Shown here piece after piece: positions 1 to 11,703 of a DNA stretch of 42,231 nt (position 1 is the first letter of the stretch; each line of letters begins with the position of its first letter). Below the pieces are notes generated by a model. It did not search any database. It saw only the letters and a program-made list of their open reading frames with translations, and was not told where the DNA came from. Source of the DNA: Nemertoderma westbladi (lineage: Eukaryota > Animalia > Xenacoelomorpha); contig JAUCBJ010000124.1 of NCBI GenBank assembly GCA_032718475.1, forward strand, positions 1-42,231, in the 5' to 3' direction. The position numbers were made by a program, and so were the translations under genes.

Positions 1-25
1 CCTCCCCCGGGTTTAATAGGGTTAA
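1..25. mobile_element. Right terminus of a piggyBac-like non-autonomous element, cut by the window edge
   Basis: Ends CCCCCGGGTTTAATAGGG followed by TTAA (22-25); AGGG|TTAA is the piggyBac terminal signature. The other end is outside the window. Confidence 0.5.
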
Positions 26-672
26 AAAGTTTAGAAGAAATCAGCACCATTACAGGGTCGGACATAAAAATCAGAAAATCGAATCTCCATTTATCCAGCT
101 TTCTAACGATATGTTGGAAATGTTACTGGATATGACCTTGGGTTGTAATTTTATAAACGTTTGTTCTACAGTGCTAGCACTTTGGACCCCAGACTTTGAA
201 AATTAAATTTTTTGGCCATATGTCGTTTGTCGATTGTCATATGGCTGCGAGAAGATATGATGTCTTTTGAGCTGAAATTATTTCCACAAAATCTACGCTT
301 CTGCAGCTTTCTTGAAGCCATCAACCACTTTGTAGAACCGACATAAACATACAGTAAGTTATGGCCTTGGACACCCGTTTGGCCAATTTTAGTGAGGATG
401 GGCCAATATATGATATCGGTGATGTACAGTATAACTCACGGTTGCACAGCTGTGCCCAACAAAATTTGCAATAATAATATGAACGACTCATTCAACCAAA
501 ACACCAGATTACCGTATAAACTATATAAACACATGACATTCAGTGGCGATCACCGTTATCAGGCGCGGTGGCGCGAGATATTTAAACACTTAAAGAGATT
601 TTTGCAAGGCATCCCATCCTACATTATATTGCCCATTTAGTATCATTCGTACACGCCAGCCCACATCAAGTA

Positions 673-1110
673 CACCATGTCCATGAATATACAGTAGTGT
701 CGTTATTCTGGTACATGGACCCCCCCCCCCCCCCCCCCCCCCCCCCAAAAAAAATTTTTTTTTCTACAAATCTTAATGAGATTGCATGAAATTTGAAACA
801 GAGATAGTTTCACCTCCCTCCTCCTTACTGGGTGAGCCAGGATTTTTATTTTCGCTTTCATTCTTTAGCTACAAGCTTATGAAAATAGTGTCTCCGGTGA
901 AATTGCGCCAGTCACACCGCAGTTATTCTTCAACCTTATTATGATTTGTTAGTACTAATTTAAAGTTAGTCGTGCAAGGATTCCAAAAATGTAAAAACAT
1001 TTGAATTTGGTAGAGAAATAGCCGAGATATGGACATTCGAAAGTTGCATGTATTTGCTTCCCCTGCACGCCATTTATTCTATTTAATAAATACATCATAT
1101 TCTGGAAATA
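673..1110 (+). mobile_element. Diverged single arm of the TA-flanked long-TIR MITE family seen complete at 10460-11367
   Basis: TA|CACCATG start, poly-C tract, then TTTTCTACAAATCTT, TGCAAGGATTC and CCATTTATTCTATTTAATAAATA, colinear with 10460-10880. Confidence 0.75.
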
Positions 1111-1575
1111 AAATAAAAAATATTATGTTCTAGAACATATACAGTAGCTAGTTTTTTTTTAATTTAAAATAGCTACTGTAGTAAATAAAATATATATTTT
1201 TTTGAGATTTTAAAATAGCAATTTCCCCTTACGTATCTGACGTCTCCACAAGTATTCGGTAAGTTTTTCAGATAATTTCTCTAGATAGGCATTGCACTCC
1301 TTGCACAATGCTCTATTGCGTCATAAATTTTTCTAATTTTTAGCCTAAACTTTCTTTTAATCGCTTTGAGTTGACCTTTGTGCATTTCGCAACCCTTTTG
1401 ATTTTCTGGACACTCTTTACATATTTCCTGCTCTTTATTTACCGACTGCTGTTATACTGTACATTAAAAAAAATCTTTTTTTTATTACTAGCTATTTTAA
1501 ATTTAAAAAATTACTAGCTTTATGTTCTAGAACAATAATGTTTTTATTTTATTTTTGTTCTAGAATAGTGTATAT
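1100..1575. repeat. AT-rich imperfect inverted repeat, arms ~1100-1195 and ~1475-1575, with palindromic GTTCTAGAAC motifs
   Basis: TATGTTCTAGAACATA..GCTAG..AATTTAAAATAGCTA..GTAAATAAAA is the reverse complement of TTTTATTACTAGCTATTTTAAATT..CTAGCTTTATGTTCTAGAACA. More GTTCTAGAAC copies lie at ~1680 and ~1710. Confidence 0.65.
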
Positions 1576-2129
1576 TAAATTTTTTTTGTTATATAGAACT
1601 CTTCACTGTTGCCATGGTAACAATGATTTATGTTATAAAAATGCAGTTCTATACGGAACTGTTACCGAAAAAAACAGTTCTAGAACAAATAGGCCTAGTT
1701 TTTGTTCTAGAACAGTTCAAAAAATATAAATTTTTTTTTAAATTTTATTTAGAATTTGTTTCATATAATTTTTAATCGCTGCTGGCAAGATGGGTTTGGG
1801 GGGGGGGGGGTAGCTAGTATTTTTTTTAATAGCTAATTAAAATTAATAAAATTCACTGTATTGAGGTCATTGTATTCAGAAATTAATGATATGCTTAGAA
1901 TACGTATACTGTATAATATTTATTATTTAGCAGACAGTGGGTAATATTTTCTGATCAAATCCAACAGGCAAATAATAATACTGTAGCAGTTAATTAAGTT
2001 GATTGGGGTAAAAACAGCCAGGCAGGCATGCAGGTAAAAACAGCATTTTCAACTTGCCTCTTGAAGGATATTAATTATTTTCTAGTATAAGATTTAAATA
2101 ATTATACTTAACAATTATACAGCTGTATT

Positions 2130-2496
2130 CCCCATGCCACATTCCATTATAGTTTTTAATTAGTTCAAGAGATTTGCTTTAAGAAATGTGTTTTTAATTG
2201 ATCTAAACGTAATTAACTTATTATAATGCCCTGTCTCCAGCTATAGCTCCCTCCTTCGTTGGCATGCCTAGTCTAGCTTGGAAGGGGAACCAGTCCAACC
2301 ACACCTCACCTCTACTCAAAGGCAGCATTGTAATGAGTCAGACTAATACGCCAGCTTGGTTATTGTGTTTAGCTTACAAAGTGATTGGCCGAGTACATAA
2401 TCATGGTTCTTTAGAATAATTAGCTAAATAATTTCGTTGAGGTGTTTACATGATAATTTAATATTTCAGTATCAATACTATCGGCATAAGGTAAGT
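2130..2496 (+). promoter_or_regulatory. Candidate promoter and non-coding 5' exon of the LIM gene
   Basis: Consensus donor AAG|GTAAGT at 2490/2491. Also an AP-1 motif TGAGTCA (2334-2340), a TEAD-type ACATTCCA (2139-2146) and an inverted CCAAT (2384-2388). Candidate acceptors at 3911, 4003 or 4023 precede the ATG. Motif-level inference only. Confidence 0.35.
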
Positions 2497-4044
2497 TTAA
2501 TATTTATTACAAATTGCGTCGCCTCCACCCCTAAAATATTTAATACATTACTTTATGAGTTTAACATGTTACCAATAACATGAGTTTATTTGTTTCTTTG
2601 TTGGGAAATTCAATTTAATAATATGCGATCTTTAATTATTTTTGCAAGAAATTTGTGCTGTTTGTATATTTGTGAATCGCTTCCAGTTGTATTTTGTGTT
2701 ACTGTATATTAGAAATAAATATAACATATGACTTTTAAAACACAAATTTTATGTTAATACCTCTGCCTTTCATCAATCCTGTGTCCGCTTTCAGGTCCTC
2801 ATAACTGAGCCTCGTGCTGCGGAAAGGCCCCACGAACGTGTAAACATATATGTAGTTACGGACTCGCATGCAAGCAAAGACAAATTACCCAATTTTAATT
2901 AGACAAAATAATTATCTTGAAATGTTTAATATCTAGCATACGTTATAACGTTCACAATGCGATTAGATAAGCCTACATCACATTTTATAAATTTGTTAAT
3001 TAAAACCGAATCATATATACAGTGGAAAACCACATATTTAGCGTCAATTGTTCGTTACGGACTTACAGTAAAGAATAAAATGTTACGGTCTATCACTTGA
3101 AATAGATATGTACTCGTCTGCTCGTTATATTTTCTAGGAATTAAAGAGCAATGAATCGTGAATGTTTACGTTGTTTTTAATAAATCACTTGTATGATATA
3201 CATTTAATAATGTACCGTACCTTCCTTACAGCCTTAAAAATGACTATAGTCATCTCCTTAAAGTATTGTTTATAAAAATATATATAATATATATATATAT
3301 ATTGTTTGTAAAATACATTTTTAAATATGCCCCGTTTCTAGTTGCCTAGGAACAACTTTTTCAGTATCGAAACCGACCCACAACGACAAGATGTAAGAGG
3401 CACCCGCCAGCCAGTAGGCGACACTGCGACAGCAAAACCTGCGAACCAGCCAACTGGAATTCTACACCAGGCTGCCTGGCCAGCTGGCTGCCGGGTAGGC
3501 CTACAACTCTGAACTCTGCAACTACATGTAGACAACGAAATACTTTCATTTCCAGTGGTTCTGTAGTGTTCCGATGCACATGCTGACATGTAACCCAACA
3601 TATCCATTACTGCATTATCCGTATTCAGAGAAATCAGAAAACTATAGTCCTACAGTCCTAGCCTAGGCCTATTTATTTATTTAGTTATTTATTTATTTAA
3701 CACTAGCCGACAAGTACCGGTCTGCCGGTAGGCCTACTGAAGTCTGAAGTATTATTACCAAGGACAGCTGTACAGCTGTACTAACTACTAGACTAGTAGT
3801 AGACAGTTCTACTAGTAGTAGAGCTGTAGAGCTGTCCTTGATTATTGCATGTATTATGACTGTATGGAATAGGTACGTTACCGGTACTGAACAGCTGAAA
3901 TACAATTTCAGAATTTGTTAGACCTTTTATTTTACTGTATTATAGCATTTATAGGCCTACGTCGGTCTGTCTGTACCTACTGACGTATTTATTACTGTAT
4001 TAGTTTTCCTAAATATCTGTCAGACCAATTTACTAAAAACTACA

Positions 4045-6672
4045 ATGGCTAATATTCCTGGTTCGGGTTCTACAAAATCATATTATTCTAAAAAAGTTAG
4101 CGAATCACAAGAATATCGCAGCAATAAAGGTCCTCCAGTGAAGTATTCTGTTGAATATGGAGTAGAGAAAAGAGATGGACCAGAAGGGTCGTTTCAGCGT
4201 GAAGTAAAGTACACCCCAGAGACGGGATATAGAACAAGTGTGTCGTATAATCCATCAGCGGACGGTTCCCAACAAGTTGGTAAAACTCCAGATGAATTGT
4301 TAGCCGGACCCCTCGATCGAGATGTAGGTTTCCGAAAGGATAGCAGTTTTAATGAGTTACTGCCGGACAGAGAATTGGATGACTTTGATAAACACATGCG
4401 TTCAGGTCCAGCATTCACTGACATTAATCAAGACGACGTATTTAAAGATATGGAAGAGAGAATGCAACGTATTAGAGACGAAGCCCTTTCTTCGGAAATA
4501 TTTTCCCCACCTACTTTTGATAGTTTGACGTCAAATGCGAAACAGAAAAGTGTCGCTGGTAAGGCACCTTTTCAGAGATATTATGAATATTCCAAGGAAT
4601 CCAAGTCCACGCCGGAAGGAACAACAGTTAAGATTTCCAAGTACGAGCCAGATAAAGGCTATACTACTAGCTATTCTAAGGAACCTGCTCAAGGTGAATT
4701 GGAATATCGACCTGATCTATTTGAACGTCCACCCCCACCGGCCAATTATCCTCAGTTCTCATCTCCTAGAAGTTCCGTTCAAAGCGAACGTTCCGACAGA
4801 TCGGATCATTCTCCGAGTAGTCGTCGACCACCTCCACCCACCAACTACCAACCTCCATCCTCTCCACACCCTACAATCGCATCCGACATGAGTTTTGGCA
4901 GTGGCTCCCCTTCTTCCTCTTTCTCGCACCAACCGGAATCTGGTTACAACGTTTCAAGGTCAGTGACCAGACACTCCCAGACTTCAAGTTATTCTTCAAA
5001 CACTAGTCATGGGGCTACTATACCTCGACCATCCAGTGAATTTAAGCCACATTGGTCGGATGATTCTACTTCTCAAACACCGCCTGTTTTACGGGAGAGG
5101 GGAACGCCGGCAGCTGAAGGATCCACCAAGGACCATTCGGAAAGCTCACCGCGTTATACCGAGGATATCTATAAAGCTAAGTACCATTACCCAGCTGATC
5201 AGACCCCCCCAGGAAGTCTTCCTGTCTCTTCTATCAAACATCCTGAGCATGAACCCACCACTGGTGGTACTGGTACACCGATATACCGATCTAATATCAC
5301 GATTCCGTTGACGAGACCGGTGAATAAAGGAAATATTGAAAGGGAAGGTCAACCCCACCAAGCAGTTAGTGCTCAGGTCGTACAGAGGCCTCCAGATGTT
5401 GATAGATACGCGAAACCCTTAACTAACAGTGCAGGCGTAGCTCGCCCAAAGGAGCAACATAGTGTCCCGTATGGGGAGCCACGTGGTAGGCCTACACAAT
5501 ATGGGGAGCCTCATGGTACCCAGTATGGGGAGCCATGTGGTACCCAGTATGGGGAGACACGTGGAACCCAGTATGGGGAGCCACGTAGTGGTACACAGTA
5601 TGTTGAGCCACGTGGTACACAATATGGGGAGCCACGTAGTGGTACACAATATGTTCAGCCACGTGGTTCACAATATGGTGAGCCAAGTGGTACACAATAT
5701 GGGGAGCCAAGTGGTACACAATATGGGGAGCCACGTGGTACCCAGTATGGGGATCCACGTGGTTCCCAGTATGGGGAGCCACGTGGTACCCAGTACACTA
5801 CGCCTCCAGGCACCAAATACCAGACGACCTCTAGTACCCAAAAATATTCCAACATCACTGAGTACTCGAAGCCTCCTTCTGATTACCATCCACCTGCCGA
5901 CACCACCAGTCACGTACCCTCGACACGCATGGCTCCCCAGCCCACAAACCTGTACAAACAATCTACTCCCAATGTACCAACGTCTTCCGCTTCAGCTCGA
6001 CTCTCAACCGATAAGGAAGTTGATGTTCTAACCAAGATGCTTATTGATTCTATGGACAGCTGCGATGATCCCGATTTCTTTGGTTTCTGCGCTGCTTGTG
6101 GTAATAAAGTCCTTGGCGAGGCAACTGGATGCAGTGCAATGGATCAGATATTCCATACCACATGCTTCCGTTGTGCTTCATGTGACATCACGCTCTCCAG
6201 CCGTCCGTTCTACATAATGGAAGGCAAGCCGTATTGCGAAGAGGATTATCTGAAGACGTTGGAGAGATGCTCGGTGTGTGACCGGGCTATAACAGAGAGG
6301 ATCCTACGCGCCACTGGTAAGTCATACCATCCCGGCTGCTTCTCCTGCGTCGTGTGTCGTGTGAGTCTCGATGGGGTCCCGTTCACCGTGGATACTGGCG
6401 GTAGAATCCACTGTATCGACTGCTTCAACCGGCAGTTTGCCCCGCGGTGTTCTGTTTGTCGTTATCCCATCGTACCGAGCGAAGGCGAGGCCGAAACCAT
6501 CCGCATCGTCGCTTTGGATCGCAGCTTTCATGTAGAATGCTATAGGTGCGAGGATTGTCAGATTAGGTTGAGTTCCGAGGCGGAAGGAAGAGGTTGTTAC
6601 CCTCTGGACGACCATATTTACTGCCAGGAGTGCAGCGGCAAACGTGTTCAGCGTCTAACTGCTTTGGTCTAA
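4045..6672 (+). CDS. LPP: Zyxin/LPP/TRIP6-family LIM domain protein (LPP-like), 875 aa, uninterrupted CDS
   Basis: Three C-terminal LIM domains with LPP-type motifs (GCSAMDQIFH, ERILRATGKSYHP, SLDGVPFTVD, FAPRCSVC, ETIRIVALDRSFH, GCYPLDDH). A pre-LIM NES-like helix EVDVLTKMLIDSM and a long Pro/Ser-rich N-terminus are present. The symbol is the closest vertebrate paralogue; orthology is probably to the whole subfamily. Confidence 0.93.
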   Translation: MANIPGSGSTKSYYSKKVSESQEYRSNKGPPVKYSVEYGVEKRDGPEGSFQREVKYTPETGYRTSVSYNPSADGSQQVGKTPDELLAGPLDRDVGFRKDSSFNELLPDRELDDFDKHMRSGPAFTDINQDDVFKDMEERMQRIRDEALSSEIFSPPTFDSLTSNAKQKSVAGKAPFQRYYEYSKESKSTPEGTTVKISKYEPDKGYTTSYSKEPAQGELEYRPDLFERPPPPANYPQFSSPRSSVQSERSDRSDHSPSSRRPPPPTNYQPPSSPHPTIASDMSFGSGSPSSSFSHQPESGYNVSRSVTRHSQTSSYSSNTSHGATIPRPSSEFKPHWSDDSTSQTPPVLRERGTPAAEGSTKDHSESSPRYTEDIYKAKYHYPADQTPPGSLPVSSIKHPEHEPTTGGTGTPIYRSNITIPLTRPVNKGNIEREGQPHQAVSAQVVQRPPDVDRYAKPLTNSAGVARPKEQHSVPYGEPRGRPTQYGEPHGTQYGEPCGTQYGETRGTQYGEPRSGTQYVEPRGTQYGEPRSGTQYVQPRGSQYGEPSGTQYGEPSGTQYGEPRGTQYGDPRGSQYGEPRGTQYTTPPGTKYQTTSSTQKYSNITEYSKPPSDYHPPADTTSHVPSTRMAPQPTNLYKQSTPNVPTSSASARLSTDKEVDVLTKMLIDSMDSCDDPDFFGFCAACGNKVLGEATGCSAMDQIFHTTCFRCASCDITLSSRPFYIMEGKPYCEEDYLKTLERCSVCDRAITERILRATGKSYHPGCFSCVVCRVSLDGVPFTVDTGGRIHCIDCFNRQFAPRCSVCRYPIVPSEGEAETIRIVALDRSFHVECYRCEDCQIRLSSEAEGRGCYPLDDHIYCQECSGKRVQRLTALV
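5470..5820 (+). repeat. Coding minisatellite, 24-bp unit (some 27-30 bp), ~14 units encoding YGEPRGTQ
   Basis: TATGGGGAGCCACGTGGTACCCAG repeated in frame inside the LIM-protein CDS. Confidence 0.95.
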
Positions 6673-8584
6673 CTAGTACTCCACTAGTTACAGTTAGTTA
6701 TCTCGCTGCATTGAGATTAATAATTTTCGTTTGTGTAGTTAAGGTAAGGTTAAAATAATATTGTTTGAATGAGTTCTATTGTTTGTAGTCTGCTTTATTA
6801 GTTGGTTTTATTTATTTGCACTGCTTGAGTGATTTGCTGTATTTGCCTGTACCATATGCATGCATATGCATGAAGAATATGCGTGCCTGAGTAATGTTAT
6901 GTAACATTAATTAGATCAATATCTCTCAATTTGAATTTAAACCTATTTTAGTACTATATATATATATTCAATATATTAAATGTATGTAGTAGTATTATTT
7001 GTGCCACTACTTATATACTTCTGTATTAGTACCGGCACCCAGTATTCTAACATGTATATAATTATATACGTACAAATTTATTGTTTATTTATCTTTCTCT
7101 GGCAAAATAAAAATACCGGTGCGGTGTGAATTGGTGCGTGGGGCGAGTCCGAACTGCAGAGCCATCAGCGAAAGTTTATAACTATATTATTTTTTCCACA
7201 GATTTCCAAATGTCTGTGTGTCAGTGTGTGTATATCCGGTCCGTACTCGAGTATGTATGACGTATGTAGCAGAATTATATGAATGTTACATTTTGCTGGT
7301 GGTTGCTGCTGTTTTAGAAATTACATGTATAATTTTCTCACTTCAAGTTACTAACTATAGTTAGCGGTATAGTTATTTGATTGTGGGTAATATGTTATTT
7401 TGGTGAAATAATTTATTGCATAAATTTTAATTATGGAAGAATACACGTTAATTTCTACTGCATTCTTTTAATCGTGTTTAATTGTAAATATATTTGAATT
7501 TAGTTAATAAGAAATATTTAGTTATTTAGCTTTCCATTTATGCATAATATAATATATATGTAGCGATTAGTCAGTATGATTTAGGTGTATAAATTTTAAC
7601 TATTTTCGACACCACCGTAATATTTTATTATAGACATTATTATCCCTCCTTGATGTTCTTTCTATGCAATTATTTCGAGTATAATTTATATTTCTTTTCA
7701 TATAATTTTTTAAATTTCTAGTTATATATTTAATTTTAAGTTTCCGCTTATGTACCGGTATCTGCAAGCAGGTAGGAGTTAACCACTCAAGATGTGTTTG
7801 TTAATGTTTGGTAATACGGAAGAAGTTTTGATGCAACAACTTCGAAAATGTATCAAATTAGAGATATCATTACCATGAAGAAAGTCAGATGATGTTATTT
7901 TGAATTTTGATATTGTTGTTTGAGACTGAATGAATTGAACAACAATTAGCCCCTCAGAATGTGAATGATTAACTTAAAATGAAAACCTTAAATTTAAACT
8001 TAATAAAGAGACACAAAATTTGTTTTTGAATTTGTCTATTTAAATGTCGTTAAGTTATGTTCCAAAAATGCTGAGTGTTGTGCCCCTCAAAATGCTAATT
8101 TTGGTTGTCAATATTTTCGGAAAACTAATTTTGTTTTCAAATTTCATGTGAATCTCAGATCGTTTATTATATAAATTTGTTTTAATTACTTTGACAGATC
8201 GATGTATGACCAGGACTAAACTATCCAAAATTGTTTTTTACCATATATTTTGTATTCCCAGAGGGATATTATAATATTATTTATGAAACATGTTTGTTAT
8301 AATATATAAATCTTAAAAATTAACCTACCCCTACGTGGCCTACGTGACTTTCCGTAACCTAGGTGATAACAATTTTTTCGGTGGTACTTTATGTCCTTAT
8401 TCGCCAAAATATTATGTGCAATAACATCGGATACACCATACCGTGTGCTTATATAAATATTAAATTCATACACAATGCATAGACATACAATATTCAGGTA
8501 CGGACATCACCGTTACACATTTAATGAAATTACATGCTTACATTTTTATAGCCCCAGACAAGTTGAGAAATGTTACATTTCAAC

Positions 8585-9447
8585 GGGTGCTGGTCACCTC
8601 GCCGCACTGCCACTTCGCCGCAGGTCACCTCGCCGCAGATAATGTGCGGCGAGGTGTCTTTGCGGCGAGGTGTCTCACTGTGAATGCCATTTCGCCGCAA
8701 ATTATCGGACACCTCGCCGCAAGGCAATATTAATCATTTATTTCTATATTTACACAGGGAAGCCTAGTTATAGCAGTATGGCATTGGACATTATGTATTA
8801 TAAAATAAAATAAAATAATACGGTCAGACGGTAAGGTTTGTTGTTCTATTATAATTACTGTATTATTATAGATACAGTAAGAGTACCGGTATTTGAGTAA
8901 CGTATTAAAAATGCCTCGAGAATAGTGAAAAAAGTTCTACTTTTTTTCCCATGTAATAAATAATTATTTGTTGGAATTTCTTAAATTTGTCCTGGCGATT
9001 TGGTAGTGCGATATTAATTCCCCACAAATAAATAAAATAGGCAATGTAAGAAATTAAAAAAAAATTATAATATTTAATGCAATATTATTGATTATTATTA
9101 ATGTCTTGAAAATTAATTTGAAATGTAATTCGACCATAATTTTGCTCTTAACAAAAAAAGTGTCTGACAACTGGACAACAAATATAAGTATCTATGATAA
9201 CATGTAATATAATACAGTAATTATAATATAACAACAAACCTTACCGTATTATTACAATACCATAAGTAGGCTTTCGTGTAATAATATAGAAATAAATGAT
9301 TTATATTGACTTGCGGCGAGGTGTCCGATAATATGCGGCGAAATTGCATTTATAGTGAGACACCTCGCCGCAAGACACCTCGCCGCACATTATCTGCGGC
9401 GAGATGACTTGCGGCGAAGTGGCAGTGCGGCGAGGTGACCAGCACCC
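8585..9447. mobile_element. Non-autonomous Mutator/foldback-like element with long TIRs (~280 bp)
   Basis: GGGTGCTGGTCACCTCGCCGCA...TGCGGCGAGGTGACCAGCACCC, with subterminal CACCTCGCCGCA repeats. 9-bp TSD CATTTCAAC (8576-8584) / AATTTCAAC (9448-9456). Confidence 0.88.
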
Positions 9448-10459
9448 AATTTCAACCCTGGTTTTATTATTGACATCACATCGGCTGTACTTTTACTTAA
9501 ACATCCAATTTGAATTTCTACTATGCTATAACAAAAAAGTAGATGTTATATATATATACGCATTCTGTAGATAGCTAAATCGTACAGATTCTTTATGTAC
9601 CGGTATGCAATATATATTTTTATATTTTTCGACTAAGATTTGTAATTATTCGTTTCACACATATACAGTGAATCTAATTCTTCAGTTACGACGTTGTGGC
9701 TTTTATTTAGGCTATCTGCTGTATTTTGTTACTGTAACAGCAATAATTGTCACTCTTTTATAAAAAAAAATTTTAAATAATTACATATCTTGCAAACTAC
9801 AACCGACAAATTATTAGTAGCCCTACAATAAATACAAGTTATTGTTTCATACTCTGAGATACTCGTCCTTAAGATTAACCGTATATATATTGTTTAAAAG
9901 AATGTAATTAAATTGTTAGCGCATGCTTATAAAAATATTATTTACTGTGATAAAATAGCAACAATAACATTAAAATGGTAGGTATGGTATAATATATAAT
10001 ATACTATATAGTAATGAAATGCAAAGTGTTGGGGGTCTAGTATCGATATAGTAAGTACTGTTTAGTCTTTAATGTTTATTTGTAATTATCAGTATATTGG
10101 ATATATATCTCTCCTATATTTATTCCCGAGTGATCTGATATATCGACTTGTTCAGTAAATGAGAAAGCGTATACTTGTTAACTTGTTGATTGAGGAAGTA
10201 ATTTCTGGTTATATAGACGGCGAGAATATTGTATACTAGTTGATTTAGGAAATAACTATTTTAACTATTTATCTTAACTCTTTTATTTAGGACGTAGGAA
10301 ATTACCTTTATTAGATCTATAACTAGTTTATTGTCTGAGAACTAATTCAGTTTGGCTACAAACAATTTTGTTGTTGAATGAAATAAATTTATATTGTTAT
10401 TATTAATATTCTTTCATTAGTGTAAAAATTGTGGTGCAAAATTTGATTTTAATTGAATA

Positions 10460-11367
10460 CACCATGAACCGTAATAGTGTCATTTTCTGATGACACGGAC
10501 CCCCCCCCCCCCCCCCCCCCCCCCCAGATTTTCTACAAATCTTTATCATATTACTTGAATTTTGAAACACAATTAGTTCCACTCACCTTCGTTGACCCCA
10601 TGAAGCCGGAATTTTCGATTTCGTCTTTAAATTTTTTTAACAAGCGTTTTAAAAATGTGTCTTTTGCGAAATCGCACCCTCCGTATCGTGGCCATTCTTC
10701 ACATTAGTCGTAATGTTTTCATATCATTAGAAAGCTTGCCTTGCAAGGATTCATAATATGTATCAATATCTGAATTTCATTGAGAAACAGCTGAGATATA
10801 GGCGTTCAAAGATTGCAATAATTATCGTTCGCTGAAGGCCATTTATTCTATTTAATAAATAAACAAAATTCTAGAACGTGTTAATTGTATGAGTTGGTTG
10901 GCAACAGCAGCGGTATTCATATCCAATATCTATATTGCGTAGTTATTCATACTCAAACAAAATGTTCCAGAACATTGTGTATTTATTAAATAGAATAAAA
11001 TGCATCTTGTGAACTACATTTCTTTTCAATCTTTGAACGCCTATATCTCAACCTACCTGTTTCTCAACGAAATTAAGATATTGTTACATATTTCGAATCG
11101 CAAGCTTTCCAATGATATGAGAAAATTACGACTAATGTGAAGAATGGCCACGATACGGACGGTGTAATTTCACAAAAGACACTTTTTTTAAAACTCTTAT
11201 TAAAAAAATTTAAAGACGAAATCGAAAATTCCGGCTTCATTGGGTCAACGACGGTGAGTGGAACTAGTTGTATTTCAAATTCAAGCAATATCATAAAGAT
11301 TTGTAGAAAAATCTGGGGGGGGGGGTCCGTGTCATCAGAAAATGACACTATATTGTGGGACATGGTG
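10460..11367. mobile_element. Tc1/mariner-type MITE, almost wholly palindromic (arms ~420 bp)
   Basis: TA|CACCATG...CATGGTG|TA. The arms are reverse complements, and the ORF track shows the same pseudo-peptide on both strands. Confidence 0.9.
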
Positions 11368-11703
11368 TATGTATATTATATAATATTTAATCGAGTACTG
11401 TAGAATTTTCATAAATTAGATACCTTACAAACTCGTCAATATATTATAATAATAATAGACAACAGAGTATAGCTACTCTTTTTGCGGCTAATTTATTTGA
11501 TAGTTGTAATAATTGTATTTATTAAATTTTTAGAAATAATACAAGCATTTTTTAATATTCTATTGTTAAAATAAATATATAATCTTCGTATTTCAATCTC
11601 TTATGCATATCTTTTCTCAGTGGCAACCATGTCCATTGGTACAGGGTTTCCAGGTAAGCGTACAGCTTTATTCTTACATGTTGCTCCGGTACCACCCCTG
11701 AAC

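Noticed and set aside
5419-6031. Overlapping alternative-frame and antisense ORFs in the LIM gene
   Set aside because: Explained by the 24-bp periodicity of the coding repeat.
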